DNA of 64,000 nucleotides, from the NCBI GenBank assembly GCA_963764715.1, contig CAVXTP010000009.1, positions 131,199-195,198 of the forward strand, given 5' to 3'. Shown piece after piece: positions 10,865-20,366 of this stretch (position 1 is its first letter; each line of letters begins with the position of its first letter). The position numbers and the translations under genes are program-made. This DNA is from an uncultured Acidobacteriota bacterium. Lineage in GTDB: Bacteria > Acidobacteriota > Thermoanaerobaculia > UBA5066 > Gp7-AA6. The notes beneath the pieces are model-generated. The model saw nothing but the letters and a program-made list of their open reading frames with translations, was not told the DNA's origin and ran no database searches.

Positions 10865-12636
10865 GGCGCGACGGGGACCCGGACCTCGACGAAGAAGCCG
10901 GGGTCGCCGATGCGGGCCTCCTCCCGCGCGCCCGGGCCGTAGATCGCGGCGACGCGGGTCCGGGCCCGCACGGCGGCGTCGAGCCGCACCAGGTAGTCCT
11001 CGCCGAACGCCCGTGCTCCTTCGCCCACGGCGAGCACGTTGGCGTAGAGCAGCGCGTCGGGAGGATGGGCCGCGAGGCCGGCGGCGAAGCGCGCTTCGGC
11101 GGCGGCGTCGAGGTGTCCCGGGAAATACTGCTCGTGAGGAAACGGGTTGCGCCGTCCGAGCACGTAGTTGAAGAACCCCGCCTCCGGAAATCCGGCGAGC
11201 GTGGCGCCGGGGGCGAGCCTCTCCCCGAGGTCCTCCAGCGTCGCGCGGGTCGTCTCGGCGACCGGATCCGGCAGCACGACGGGCCCGGCCGGCGTCGGGA
11301 CGCTCGCCCACCGCGGCCCGCGGTTCCGGTCGAGGGCGTCCAGGATCCGGACCAGGGCGAAGAGAATCAGGGCGGCCCCCGCGAGCCGGGGAAGCGCCGG
11401 GCCCAGCCGCGGCGCGGCGCGGTCGGCGGCGGCGAAGATCGCGGCGACGGCGACGACGAGCGGCAGCGGCAGGAAGTACGCGTTGTAGGGGCCGGCGTAC
11501 CCGGCAGCGAGAAGGAGGCGTGCTCCGAAGAGAGCGGCGACCAGGAGGACGGCGTCGGGAACGGCGGCGAAGGCGCCGCGGGGCGGCCGCCGGGCGAGAC
11601 GCACGGCCAGCCGTCCGAGGGCGGCCAGGCCGACGCACAGCGGGACGACGCGCACGAGCGGCGGAAAGAGGGCGACGTGAGCGGCGAGCCGTGCCGGCGG
11701 CCGCATCCGCACGGCCGCCGCGAGCGCCAGGGCGCCGAGCGCGACGGAAGCGACCGCGAGGCGCGCCGACGGAGACCGCAGCCGCGACGCCGCGAGCGAA
11801 GCCAGCACGAGCAGGGCGGCCATGAGGAGCAGGACGACCGCCGCGAGGAGCCACTCGGCGGCGCGCAGGCCGACCTGGTCGAGACCCGCATAGGCACGGT
11901 AGACGTTCCGGAAGGCCTCCGGCGGATCGAGCAGCCGCAGCCACCCGTCGGACACGAGGGTCCGGAAGGGGATCCCGACCGAGGCGGCGAGGTAGCCCGC
12001 CCCGGCGGCGGCGAGCGGCCAGGCGGCCAGGCGCCCCCACCGCCGCGGCGCGGCGTACGACGCGAGCGCGATCACGACGAGGGCCGCGAGGCCAAGCTCG
12101 AGCCTCGAGAGCAGCGCGAGCGCAAGGGCCGTGCCCGCGAGGGCATCGCCGGCGCGCGTGTCCCGCCCCGAGAGCTCGAGCGCCCAGGTCGTCGCCGCGA
12201 CCGCGATGGCCGCATCGAAGCTGAACGGGAAGAGCCAGCCGCCCGGGCGGAGGAACATGGCGGCCGCGGCGGCGACCGACACCGCGAGCCCCGCGCGCCA
12301 CGGCGGGAGGAACCGGCGGGCGAGCGCCGAGAGACCGGCGACGAAGACGAGCGCGACGGCCGCGGCCAGCACGGTCCGCGCCGGCAGCGAGGCCCCGAAG
12401 GCGCGGTCGAGCGCGGCGCCCGCCCAGGGCGCGAGAGGCCCGTGATGGAACTCGACCTGCGCGTAGAGACGCTCGCCCCGGGACACGCGCCACGGGGCCA
12501 TGAGCTCGCGCCCCGAGTCGATGAAGGGCTCGAGCCAGCGGTTCCAGGAGACGAGCGCCAGCAACGCGAAAACCGCGAACGGCAAAGCCGCGGCGAGCCG
12601 CTCCCGCTTCCTGCCTCCCGCCTCCTGCTGCCCGAT
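10861..12636 (-). CDS. Multi-pass membrane protein, probable GT-C (ArnT/PMT-like) glycosyltransferase; start uncertain
   Basis: DSGRELMAPW...GERLY...HHGPLAPW loop after TM1, followed by many TM helices. No clear ATG: candidates are ATC 12636 and TTG 12585. Confidence 0.65.
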   Translation of the reverse strand: MGQQEAGGRKRERLAAALPFAVFALLALVSWNRWLEPFIDSGRELMAPWRVSRGERLYAQVEFHHGPLAPWAGAALDRAFGASLPARTVLAAAVALVFVAGLSALARRFLPPWRAGLAVSVAAAAAMFLRPGGWLFPFSFDAAIAVAATTWALELSGRDTRAGDALAGTALALALLSRLELGLAALVVIALASYAAPRRWGRLAAWPLAAAGAGYLAASVGIPFRTLVSDGWLRLLDPPEAFRNVYRAYAGLDQVGLRAAEWLLAAVVLLLMAALLVLASLAASRLRSPSARLAVASVALGALALAAAVRMRPPARLAAHVALFPPLVRVVPLCVGLAALGRLAVRLARRPPRGAFAAVPDAVLLVAALFGARLLLAAGYAGPYNAYFLPLPLVVAVAAIFAAADRAAPRLGPALPRLAGAALILFALVRILDALDRNRGPRWASVPTPAGPVVLPDPVAETTRATLEDLGERLAPGATLAGFPEAGFFNYVLGRRNPFPHEQYFPGHLDAAAEARFAAGLAAHPPDALLYANVLAVGEGARAFGEDYLVRLDAAVRARTRVAAIYGPGAREEARIGDPGFFVEVRVPVAP

Positions 12637-12654
12637 TCTCTTAGGATACCCCCC

Positions 12655-13593
12655 GTGCAGGAGAAAATGGCGACGCGCAATCCCGTCGTGCGCGCCCTCG
12701 CCTCGGCCGCGTCGCGCGTCTGGTTTCCCGCGACGCTCTGGACGGCCCGCAACGTCCCGACGTCCCTGACGCGCCGCGGCGGGAAGGCGGTCGCCGCGCT
12801 CTACTACCGCGCGCGCCCGAAGTACCTGCGGGCCGTGCGCGCCAATCTCGCGATCATCCTGGGTCAGCCGGAGTCCTCCCCGGAGGTGCGGTCGCGGGCG
12901 TGGGCCATGGTGAACTCGCATTTCTGGGCGTGGGTCGACTTCCTGCAGTTCGCGACGCGCCCGCCCGCGGAGGCGGCGCGCCTCGTCGAGGGCGTCGTCG
13001 GGTACAGCCACATCGTCGAAGGACGGCTGGCCGGCAAAGGGGTCCTGCTGCTCACGGCCCACCTCGGCAACTGGGAGGTGGGCGGCCTGATGCTGGCGCA
13101 GATGAAGCAGCCGATCCACGTCGTGCTCGTGCCGGACATCTTCCCGGGTGTCGAGCGCCAGCGCCGCCGGCTCCACGAGGCTTGCGGTGTCGCGGAGATC
13201 CGGGTCGATCGCAGCTTCGTGCCGACGCTCTCGGTGTTGCGCGCGCTGACGGACAACGGGATCGTGGCGATGCAGGGCGACCGCGACTTCGACAACACGG
13301 GCGTGTCGGTCCCCTTCTTCGGGCGCGAGGCGTTCTTCCCGCGCGGGCCGCTGCGCGTCGCGATGGCCTCCGGCGCGACCGTGTTGCCGGCGTTCATCGT
13401 TCGGATGCCCGACGGCCGCTATCGCGCGATCGTCGAGGAGCCCCTGCCGATCGAAAACGGGCCCGACCGCGACGCCTCGCTCCGGACGAACCTCGGCCGG
13501 TACGTCGCGATCCTGGAGCGCTACGTCCGGGAGTATCCGGACCAGTGGTATTGCTTTTTTCCGTTCTGGGACGATCCCTCCCGTAAGAAGTAG
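12655..13593 (+). CDS. LpxL/PatA-type lipid acyltransferase
   Basis: HxxxxE motif TAHLGNWE, then QGDRD, FFGREA and YPDQWY. Confidence 0.85.
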   Translation: MQEKMATRNPVVRALASAASRVWFPATLWTARNVPTSLTRRGGKAVAALYYRARPKYLRAVRANLAIILGQPESSPEVRSRAWAMVNSHFWAWVDFLQFATRPPAEAARLVEGVVGYSHIVEGRLAGKGVLLLTAHLGNWEVGGLMLAQMKQPIHVVLVPDIFPGVERQRRRLHEACGVAEIRVDRSFVPTLSVLRALTDNGIVAMQGDRDFDNTGVSVPFFGREAFFPRGPLRVAMASGATVLPAFIVRMPDGRYRAIVEEPLPIENGPDRDASLRTNLGRYVAILERYVREYPDQWYCFFPFWDDPSRKK

Positions 13594-13614
13594 GGGCGGG
13601 GCTTGTCCCCGCCC
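13590..13614 (+). repeat. GTAG-type REP element
   Basis: GTAG-GGGCGGGG-CTTGT-CCCCGCCC hairpin at a stop codon; a related copy is at 31920. Confidence 0.65.
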
Positions 13615-13633
13615 GGTCGCCTGCAGGCCGCCG

Positions 13634-14818
13634 CTACAGTGGCCGGCGGGCGGAGACGGCGGCGACGAAGAAGGCGTCGTACTGCTTGGCCAGTTCTTCC
13701 ACGTCGGGCAGGACCTCCGGCTTCTCGAAGCCCGCGGCCGCGAGCGCCCGGCGCCAGTTCTCGGGCGTCAGGAAGCCGTGGTTGGGCCGCGTCCGGGGGT
13801 CCGTCGCGACGCCGGTGAAGTTCTCGAGAAAGTTGAAGACGAACTCGACGTAGATCGGCTGGCCCGCGAACGGCCGAACGCACTCCGAGAAGACCGCGAC
13901 GCCGCCGGGCTTGAGCGTCTCGCGCACGCGCGCGAGCGTCGCCGCGAGATCGCGGGCGATGTGGATGGTGTTGACGGCGTAGACGACGTCGGCGATCCCG
14001 GGAGCGACGCCCTGCCCGGCGAAGTCCCGGTCCATGTCGAGGCGGACGAACTCCGCCGGAAGATCCGGATAGCGGCCCCGGATCGTGCGCTCGGCGCGGC
14101 GCAGGAAGGTCGGCACGATCTCGGTGAACACGTATCGCCCGATCCGCGGCAGGCGCGCGTCCCGCGCGAGGCGCTCGGCCACGGCGAGGGCCGCCGACCC
14201 CGAGCCGCCGCCGATCTCGACGACGGTCGCCGGATGGGCCGACGGCAGGGCCCGGGCGACCGCCTCGGCCCCCAGGCGGTTGTTGATCGCGTAGAGGAGG
14301 TTCTCGTTGGAGAAGTAGTCGAACCAGAGCGGGAGCCGGTTCGGCGCGAACAGGATGTCCTCGCCCGTCTTCTCGCCGCGGAGAAACTCCGGCACGTGCT
14401 CGACCATGGCGCGGACGACCGCGAAGGGCGGCATCGAGCGCGGATCGACGGCGCGCGCCGCCGCCTCGGCCCGGTCGGGGTCTCCCGGAGGAAGGGGGCC
14501 CCGCGCCCGGTAGCTCTTTCCGCGCGCGTCGCCGGAGGCGTCGAGGTATCCGGCGTCGGCGAGCTTGTCGAAGAACCAGCGCAGCGGAACCTCCGCGCGG
14601 GGCGCGTATCCGCGGCTCGCGACGACCTCCTCGGCCGCGACCCCGCGCGCGAGGTCCTCCTCGAGCGCCAGCGTATGCACGAGGCGCAGCACGGAGTCGA
14701 TCGTGAACCGATCGAAGTGCTCGGCGCAGAGGATGAACTCGCGCGAGAAGAGGGAGCGGACCGCCGGGTCGGGAATCCGCGCGAGCAGGGTCTCGATCTC
14801 TTCTTCACGCGTCGTCAC
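13634..14818 (-). CDS. Stand-alone SAM-dependent methyltransferase resembling PKS C-methyltransferase domains
   Basis: Motifs VVEIGGGSGS, YVFTEI, LDMD..QG, DVVYAVNTIH, LKPGG, WRRALAAAGF. GTG lies 7 nt after TAAGAT. Confidence 0.8.
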   Translation of the reverse strand: MTTREEEIETLLARIPDPAVRSLFSREFILCAEHFDRFTIDSVLRLVHTLALEEDLARGVAAEEVVASRGYAPRAEVPLRWFFDKLADAGYLDASGDARGKSYRARGPLPPGDPDRAEAAARAVDPRSMPPFAVVRAMVEHVPEFLRGEKTGEDILFAPNRLPLWFDYFSNENLLYAINNRLGAEAVARALPSAHPATVVEIGGGSGSAALAVAERLARDARLPRIGRYVFTEIVPTFLRRAERTIRGRYPDLPAEFVRLDMDRDFAGQGVAPGIADVVYAVNTIHIARDLAATLARVRETLKPGGVAVFSECVRPFAGQPIYVEFVFNFLENFTGVATDPRTRPNHGFLTPENWRRALAAAGFEKPEVLPDVEELAKQYDAFFVAAVSARRPL

Positions 14819-14914
14819 GGAGCGAATCTTACGACTCGAAGGACGGTTGTTTCCGTCGATCGATTGACACGGCCGCGCCGGCCGGCCTAGGCTCAATCCA
14901 TCCGAGGCCCAAAC

Positions 14915-15742
14915 GTGCAGATGCGCCGCTGGCAGTGGCTCTCCGCGTCCCTCCTCGCCCTCGTGCTCGTGGGCGCCGCGGCGGAGCTCCTCGTTCCAGG
15001 GCTGATTCGCGATGCCCATCGCGGAGTCAGCCTCCCCGCGCTCAACCGCATCTTTGCAGGCCGGCACGTGCATCCCGCGGAGCACTACCTGGCGGTCTGG
15101 CAGGCGATGGTGCGTCGTGCGGCCGTCGTCCTGGCGGGCCTCTGGGTGCTCGCGGCCGTGCTGTCCCGGCCCGCGGTGACGTCCCGCCTGGCCGCCCTTC
15201 TTTCTTCCGTCCCGGCAGGACCGGGCGCTCTCGAGCCGCGCCCTCCGCCGCGCGGACGACGCCGGCTGGTGGCGGCCATGGCGTTCGCGATCAGCGCGGG
15301 ATCGCTGACCGAAGTCGCCATGGATCCGCCCTATCGCCGCGAGCACTGGCCGTTTTCGCAGTACCAGATGTACTCGGACCTTCCGAAGACGACCGTCGTG
15401 ATGCGGCGCCTGTACGGCGTGGTGTCCGGATCGGGCCGCGAAATCCCGCTCTCGAGCAAGCCGTACATCGCTCCGTTCGATCACTCACGCCTCTGGTTCT
15501 CGTGGGATCGACTCGACCGGAGCTCCGAGAGGGAACGCCTGCTTCCGATCGCTCTGCGCGATTGTCTGGACCGCTACGAGTCGCGCCGCGTCGCCGGGCA
15601 GCACGACGGTCCAAGTCTCGAGGCGGGGCGCCTCTACCTTGTTCACTGGACGCTGGACGGTCGGGCGTCGCCATCCGACACCCCGAAACGCGAGCTCATC
15701 TGGGAGGTACGCACATCGACCCCACCGACTCCCTTGCGCTGA
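14915..15742 (+). CDS. Hypothetical membrane protein, partner of the HTTM protein
   Basis: Several TM segments and an EHWPFSQYQMYS motif; its stop overlaps the next gene. Confidence 0.65.
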   Translation: MQMRRWQWLSASLLALVLVGAAAELLVPGLIRDAHRGVSLPALNRIFAGRHVHPAEHYLAVWQAMVRRAAVVLAGLWVLAAVLSRPAVTSRLAALLSSVPAGPGALEPRPPPRGRRRLVAAMAFAISAGSLTEVAMDPPYRREHWPFSQYQMYSDLPKTTVVMRRLYGVVSGSGREIPLSSKPYIAPFDHSRLWFSWDRLDRSSERERLLPIALRDCLDRYESRRVAGQHDGPSLEAGRLYLVHWTLDGRASPSDTPKRELIWEVRTSTPPTPLR

Positions 15743-17022
15743 CCCTCCGGGCCCGCTGGTGGCGCTTCTGGTATGCGCCCGGCAGTGCCGCGGCGCTGGG
15801 TGTCTGTCGGATGCTCTTCTACGGGTCGCTGCTCGCGTCGTACTGGTCGCACGACTTCACCGCCTGGGCGAGCGTCTCCCGCGTGTTCTGGGAACCGATC
15901 GCGCTCTTCCGTGCGCTCGGACTCGGCGTTCTGCCGGCGCCGGCGATGTCGATGGCAGCGATGGCCTGGAAAATCCTGCTCGCGACGAGCGCCGCGGGTG
16001 TCGCGACGCGCTTCTCCACGATCGGCGCGGCGGTCCTGGGGACGTACCTGCTCGGGGTCCCGCACAGTTTCGGAAAGATCCATCACGACGACGCGGTCCT
16101 CGTCTTCAGCATGGTCATCCTGGCATTCTCGCGGTGCGGAGACGCCTGGTCGTTCGATGGCCTCGTTCGGGCGGCTCGGCGGCCGCAGGACCCGCCGCCC
16201 TCCGGCGGCGAATACACCTGGCCGATACGGATGACGTGGCTCGTGATGAGCCTCGTCTTCTTCGCGGCCGGCGTTTCCAAACTCCGACATTCGGGACTGC
16301 GGTGGGTCACGTCCAACGCTCTGGCGGGACATATCCTTCGTTCGAACGATGCACTCGTTCGACCGGCCGGGGCGCCATGGACGAATTGGGGGCCCTGGCT
16401 CGCCGGCGTGCCCTGGCTCTCTCGGACGGCGGGCGCCGTGGCCCTCGGCCTGGAACTCTTCTTCCCGCTCGCGCTCTTCAGCCGGACGGCGCGGCGGATC
16501 CTGGTGCCGGGCGTTTTTCTGCTGCAGATCGCCATAGCGCTGACGATGGGCCCGGACTTCACACAGTTCCTGATTTGCTATCTTTTCTGGGTTCCCTGGA
16601 ATGGAGTCGGAAAAACCCTGAAAAACGTGACCGTGCGCCGGCGCCGCCACTCGTTGATTTACGACGGCTCCTGCGGGCTCTGTCAGAGAACCGTCGCCGT
16701 GCTGCGCCGGCTGGACGTCCTCGATCGCATCGTGTTCCTCGACGCGCTTGGTGATTGGAGCCGGATCCGGGAAGCCTTCCCATCCCTCCGCGAGGAGGAC
16801 TGCCTGGCCACGATGCATGTGGTGACGGCCGCTGGGCAGATCGAGACCGGCTTCGACGCCTACCGTGCGCTCTCCTGGTCCCTTCCGCTCCTGTGGCCGA
16901 TCGCGCCGCTTCTCTACTTCCCCGGGGTGCCGTCGATCGGACGGCGGGTCTACGCGGCGGTTGCGGCACGCCGCCACAGGTCCGGATGCCCGGTGCCGGC
17001 GGGCTCGACGACGATTCCCTGA
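15739..17022 (+). CDS. HTTM-domain membrane protein fused to a DCC-family (DUF393) thiol-disulfide oxidoreductase
   Basis: N-terminus WWRFWYAP...LGVCR; motifs FSRCGDAWSFD and FFAAGVSKL; C-terminal YDGSCGLC. The CTG start in a CTGA overlap is inferred. Confidence 0.75.
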   Translation: MTLRARWWRFWYAPGSAAALGVCRMLFYGSLLASYWSHDFTAWASVSRVFWEPIALFRALGLGVLPAPAMSMAAMAWKILLATSAAGVATRFSTIGAAVLGTYLLGVPHSFGKIHHDDAVLVFSMVILAFSRCGDAWSFDGLVRAARRPQDPPPSGGEYTWPIRMTWLVMSLVFFAAGVSKLRHSGLRWVTSNALAGHILRSNDALVRPAGAPWTNWGPWLAGVPWLSRTAGAVALGLELFFPLALFSRTARRILVPGVFLLQIAIALTMGPDFTQFLICYLFWVPWNGVGKTLKNVTVRRRRHSLIYDGSCGLCQRTVAVLRRLDVLDRIVFLDALGDWSRIREAFPSLREEDCLATMHVVTAAGQIETGFDAYRALSWSLPLLWPIAPLLYFPGVPSIGRRVYAAVAARRHRSGCPVPAGSTTIP

Positions 17023-17057
17023 GGCGGGCTCGCGTGCCGGGCGGTTACACTCGCGGA

Positions 17058-19196
17058 GTGAAATCCGATGCCTCCGCTCTGCGGAAGGGTGCCATGACGG
17101 CGCTCGGCGCGCTCCTTCTGGCGGCGGTCGCGCTCCCGGCGGCCGAGCCCCCGGGGCGGGTCGTCATCCTGGGCTTCGACGGTGTCGACGCGGCCGTGGT
17201 CGAGCAAATGCTGTCCCGGGGGCAGCTCCCGAACCTCGCGGCCCTGAAGGCCCGCGGCGGCTACGCGCCCCTGACGCCGACCGTTCCGGCGCAGACGCCG
17301 GTGTCCTGGGCGACGTTCTCGACGGGGCTCGACCCCGGCGGCCACGAGATCTTCGACTTCCTCAAGCGCGACCCGGCCAACCGGATACCGACCTTCGCGG
17401 TCGCCGAGGAGAAGTCCGTTCCGTTCCTCCTCGGGAAGAACAATCCCCTGGCGTTCGGGGGCGCGGCGCTGCTCGTCTTCGTCCTTCCGGCGCTCCTGCT
17501 CTTCGCGCGGCGTCGGCGCGCGGTCGGCGCGATTCTCGCGCTCCTCGGCGTCGCCGCCGGCGCGGGCGCGTTTCTCGCCGTCCGCGCCTGGCTGCCCTCG
17601 ACCCGGCCCTGGGTCCAGAACAACCGCCGGGGCCCCGTGTTCTGGGCGGAGGCCGGCGCGCGCCCGGCCACGGTCATCCGGATGCCGGTGACGTTCCCGC
17701 CGGAGGCGTTCGCCGACGGCCGGATGCTCTCGGGCCTCGGGGTGCCCGACGTCTCGGGCCGGATCGGCCGGCCCGCCTACTTCACGTCGGACCCCTTCTT
17801 CGCGCCGCGCGAGGGCAACGACTTCTCGGTCGAGATCGTCCGCCTCGAATCCAACGTCGGCCGCCAGCAGGTCCGGGTCCTCGGCCCGCCGGGCCGGGCC
17901 TTCGGCCGGGAGGGCACGATCGACGCCTCGCTGACGCTGACGGTCCCCGACGGCCGCGACCGGATCGTCGTCGAGACGGGGGACGCGCGCGCCGAGCTGA
18001 AGGTCGGGCAGTGGAGCGACTGGGTACCGCTCGTCTTCCGCGTCAACCCGCTCGTCGCGATCCACGGCTACGCGCGCCTGCGCCTCGAGAGCGTCCAGCC
18101 CGAGATCGGCCTCTACCTGTCGCCCGTGCAGTTCGACCCGGCGCACCTGCCGCCCGGATTCACGATCTCCTCGCCGCGCGGGTTCGCCGAGGAGCTCGTC
18201 CGCGAGTTCGGCCGCTACAAAACGATGGGCTGGGCGATCGACACGTGGTCGATCCAGTCGGGCACGCTCCCGGAGGACGCCTTCCTCGAAGACGTGAAGA
18301 TGACGGCCGACCAGGAGCGCAAGATGCTGCGCGGGATGCTCGCGCGCAAGGACCGGCTCCTCTTTCACTACTTCGAGTTTCCGGACCGGGTCGCCCACGT
18401 CTTCTGGCGGTTCCGCGACCCGGAGCATCCGGCCTACGACGCGAAGCTCGCCGCGAAGTACGGCGACGCCGTCGAGAAGTCCTATGCCGCGATGGACGAG
18501 ATCGTGGGAGAGACGGCCGCCTCGCTCGCCCCGCAGGACGTGCTGATCGTTCTCTCGGACCACGGCTTCGCGACGTGGCGCCGGTCCGTGAACTACAACT
18601 CCTGGCTGGTCGAGAACGGCTACCTCGTCCTGAAGGGAAGCGCGAAGCGGCAGAACCTCGAGGCGCTCTTCTCCCGCGGGCAATTCTGGGAGGCCGTCGA
18701 CTGGACGAAGTCGAAGGCCTACGGGATGGGGCTCGGCGACATCTACGTCAACCTCGCCGGCCGGGAGTCGGGCGGCATCGTCGCGCCGGGCGCGGAGTAC
18801 GAGGCCCTCCGCGCGGAGCTCTCGGCGCGCCTGACGGACCTGACGGACCCGAAGAACGGCGCGAAGGCCGTCTCCCGGGTCTTCAAGCGCGAGGACATCT
18901 ACCGCCGCTTCGACCCGAGGCTCATCCCGGACCTCATCGTGGCGAACCGGCCCGGCTACCGCGTGTCCTGGCAGTCCTCGCTCGGCGTGCCGACGGAATC
19001 GACGTTCGAGGACAATCGCGACGTCTGGAGCGGCGACCACTGCTCGCTCGACCCGGCCCTCGTGCGCGGCGTCCTCTTCGCCTCGCGCCCCTTCCGCGCG
19101 GAGCCGGTGCCCGGGATCGCCGACGTCACGGCCTCGGTGCGGGCGCTCGTCGGGGGCGGCGCGGTCGACGACGCCGCCGGAAAGCCCCTCTGGTGA
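17058..19196 (+). CDS. Alkaline phosphatase-superfamily (nucleotide pyrophosphatase/phosphodiesterase) protein
   Basis: Motifs ILGFDG, PAQTPVSW, PDRVAH, LSDHGF, WSGDH. Confidence 0.85.
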   Translation: MKSDASALRKGAMTALGALLLAAVALPAAEPPGRVVILGFDGVDAAVVEQMLSRGQLPNLAALKARGGYAPLTPTVPAQTPVSWATFSTGLDPGGHEIFDFLKRDPANRIPTFAVAEEKSVPFLLGKNNPLAFGGAALLVFVLPALLLFARRRRAVGAILALLGVAAGAGAFLAVRAWLPSTRPWVQNNRRGPVFWAEAGARPATVIRMPVTFPPEAFADGRMLSGLGVPDVSGRIGRPAYFTSDPFFAPREGNDFSVEIVRLESNVGRQQVRVLGPPGRAFGREGTIDASLTLTVPDGRDRIVVETGDARAELKVGQWSDWVPLVFRVNPLVAIHGYARLRLESVQPEIGLYLSPVQFDPAHLPPGFTISSPRGFAEELVREFGRYKTMGWAIDTWSIQSGTLPEDAFLEDVKMTADQERKMLRGMLARKDRLLFHYFEFPDRVAHVFWRFRDPEHPAYDAKLAAKYGDAVEKSYAAMDEIVGETAASLAPQDVLIVLSDHGFATWRRSVNYNSWLVENGYLVLKGSAKRQNLEALFSRGQFWEAVDWTKSKAYGMGLGDIYVNLAGRESGGIVAPGAEYEALRAELSARLTDLTDPKNGAKAVSRVFKREDIYRRFDPRLIPDLIVANRPGYRVSWQSSLGVPTESTFEDNRDVWSGDHCSLDPALVRGVLFASRPFRAEPVPGIADVTASVRALVGGGAVDDAAGKPLW

Positions 19197-20344
19197 CCCG
19201 GCGCCTCTTCGCCGCGCTCCTTCTCGCCGCCGCGCCCCTCGTTTCGCAGGAGTCCGTCACCCCCGTCGACTCCGAGCGCCGGGCGGACCTCGAGAAGCTG
19301 CAGAACCGGATCGGGGCGCTCAAGTCGCGCCTCGCCGAGAGCCAGAAGAAGGAGGCGACCCTCGCCGAGGAGCTGCAGCGGCTCGAGCTGCGGCTCGAGA
19401 TCGCGACGCGCGAGGGGGAGCTCCTCGCGGCGACGCGCGAAGAGTTCGCGCGCCGGCTCGCGTCCGTCTCGCAGGAGCGGGCGGCCGCGGCCGTCTCGGT
19501 CGCGCGCTCGCGCGGGGCGCTGCTCGCCCGGGCGCGGCTGCTCCAGCGGTTCGGCCGCTTCGGCTATTTCCGCGTCCTGCTCGAGGCCCGGGACGTGCCG
19601 GCGCTGCTCGATTCGATCGAGCGGTTGGACGGGCTCGCGCGGCGCGACGGCAAGCTGCTCCTCCGCTACCGCGAGGCCGAGGCCCGCCTCCAGGGGGACC
19701 TCTCTCGCGAGGAGGCTCTCAAGGCCGAGATCGACCGCCTCTATGCGAAGAGCCGCCGGGAGGAAGCGAGCGTGGCGTCGTTGAAGACCGAGCGCGCGCG
19801 CCTTCTCGAGCGCGAGCGCAGCCAGTCCGCCCTGCAGCGCCGCGAGGTCTCGGCCCTGACCGACAAGGCCTCGCGCCTCGAGCGGCTGCTCGAGACGCTC
19901 GCCCGGCAGAGCGAGAGCGAGGAGCCCGTCGGCCCGTCCGGCGGGATCCGGCCGTGGAAGGGCGTCCTCGACTGGCCGGCGAAGGGAACGATCATCGAGA
20001 CCTTCGGTCGCCACCGGCACCCGAAGTTCGACGCCTGGACCGTCTCGAACGGCGTCGCTCTCGCCGTGCCGCTCGGCACGCCGGTGCGCGCCGTCTACGC
20101 GGGCAAGACCATCTACGCCCAGTGGCTCCAGGAGTACGGCAACCTCGTGATCCTCGACCACGGCGACGGGATGCTGACCCTCTATGCCTGGCTCCAGGCC
20201 GTTTCGGTCCAGCCCGGCGTCCCCGTGCCGGTCGGAGGGGAGATCGGCCTCGCGGGTTACGGACCCGGCCGCGACGAGCCCGGGGTCTACTTCGAGGTCC
20301 GCGACCGGCAGAAGGCGTCGGATCCGGTGGCATGGTTGAGGTAG
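19193..20344 (+). CDS. envC: Murein hydrolase activator, EnvC family (coiled coil plus degenerate M23 domain)
   Basis: GTGA overlap, signal peptide, long coiled coil, YGNLVILDHG and YFEVR; the Zn ligands are absent. Confidence 0.8.
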   Translation: MTRRLFAALLLAAAPLVSQESVTPVDSERRADLEKLQNRIGALKSRLAESQKKEATLAEELQRLELRLEIATREGELLAATREEFARRLASVSQERAAAAVSVARSRGALLARARLLQRFGRFGYFRVLLEARDVPALLDSIERLDGLARRDGKLLLRYREAEARLQGDLSREEALKAEIDRLYAKSRREEASVASLKTERARLLERERSQSALQRREVSALTDKASRLERLLETLARQSESEEPVGPSGGIRPWKGVLDWPAKGTIIETFGRHRHPKFDAWTVSNGVALAVPLGTPVRAVYAGKTIYAQWLQEYGNLVILDHGDGMLTLYAWLQAVSVQPGVPVPVGGEIGLAGYGPGRDEPGVYFEVRDRQKASDPVAWLR

Positions 20345-20366
20345 CCGTTCGGCGGCGGGCAGGAGC

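Noticed and set aside
19950-20344. Loss of M23 zinc ligands as a novelty
   Set aside because: This is the normal state of EnvC-family amidase activators.
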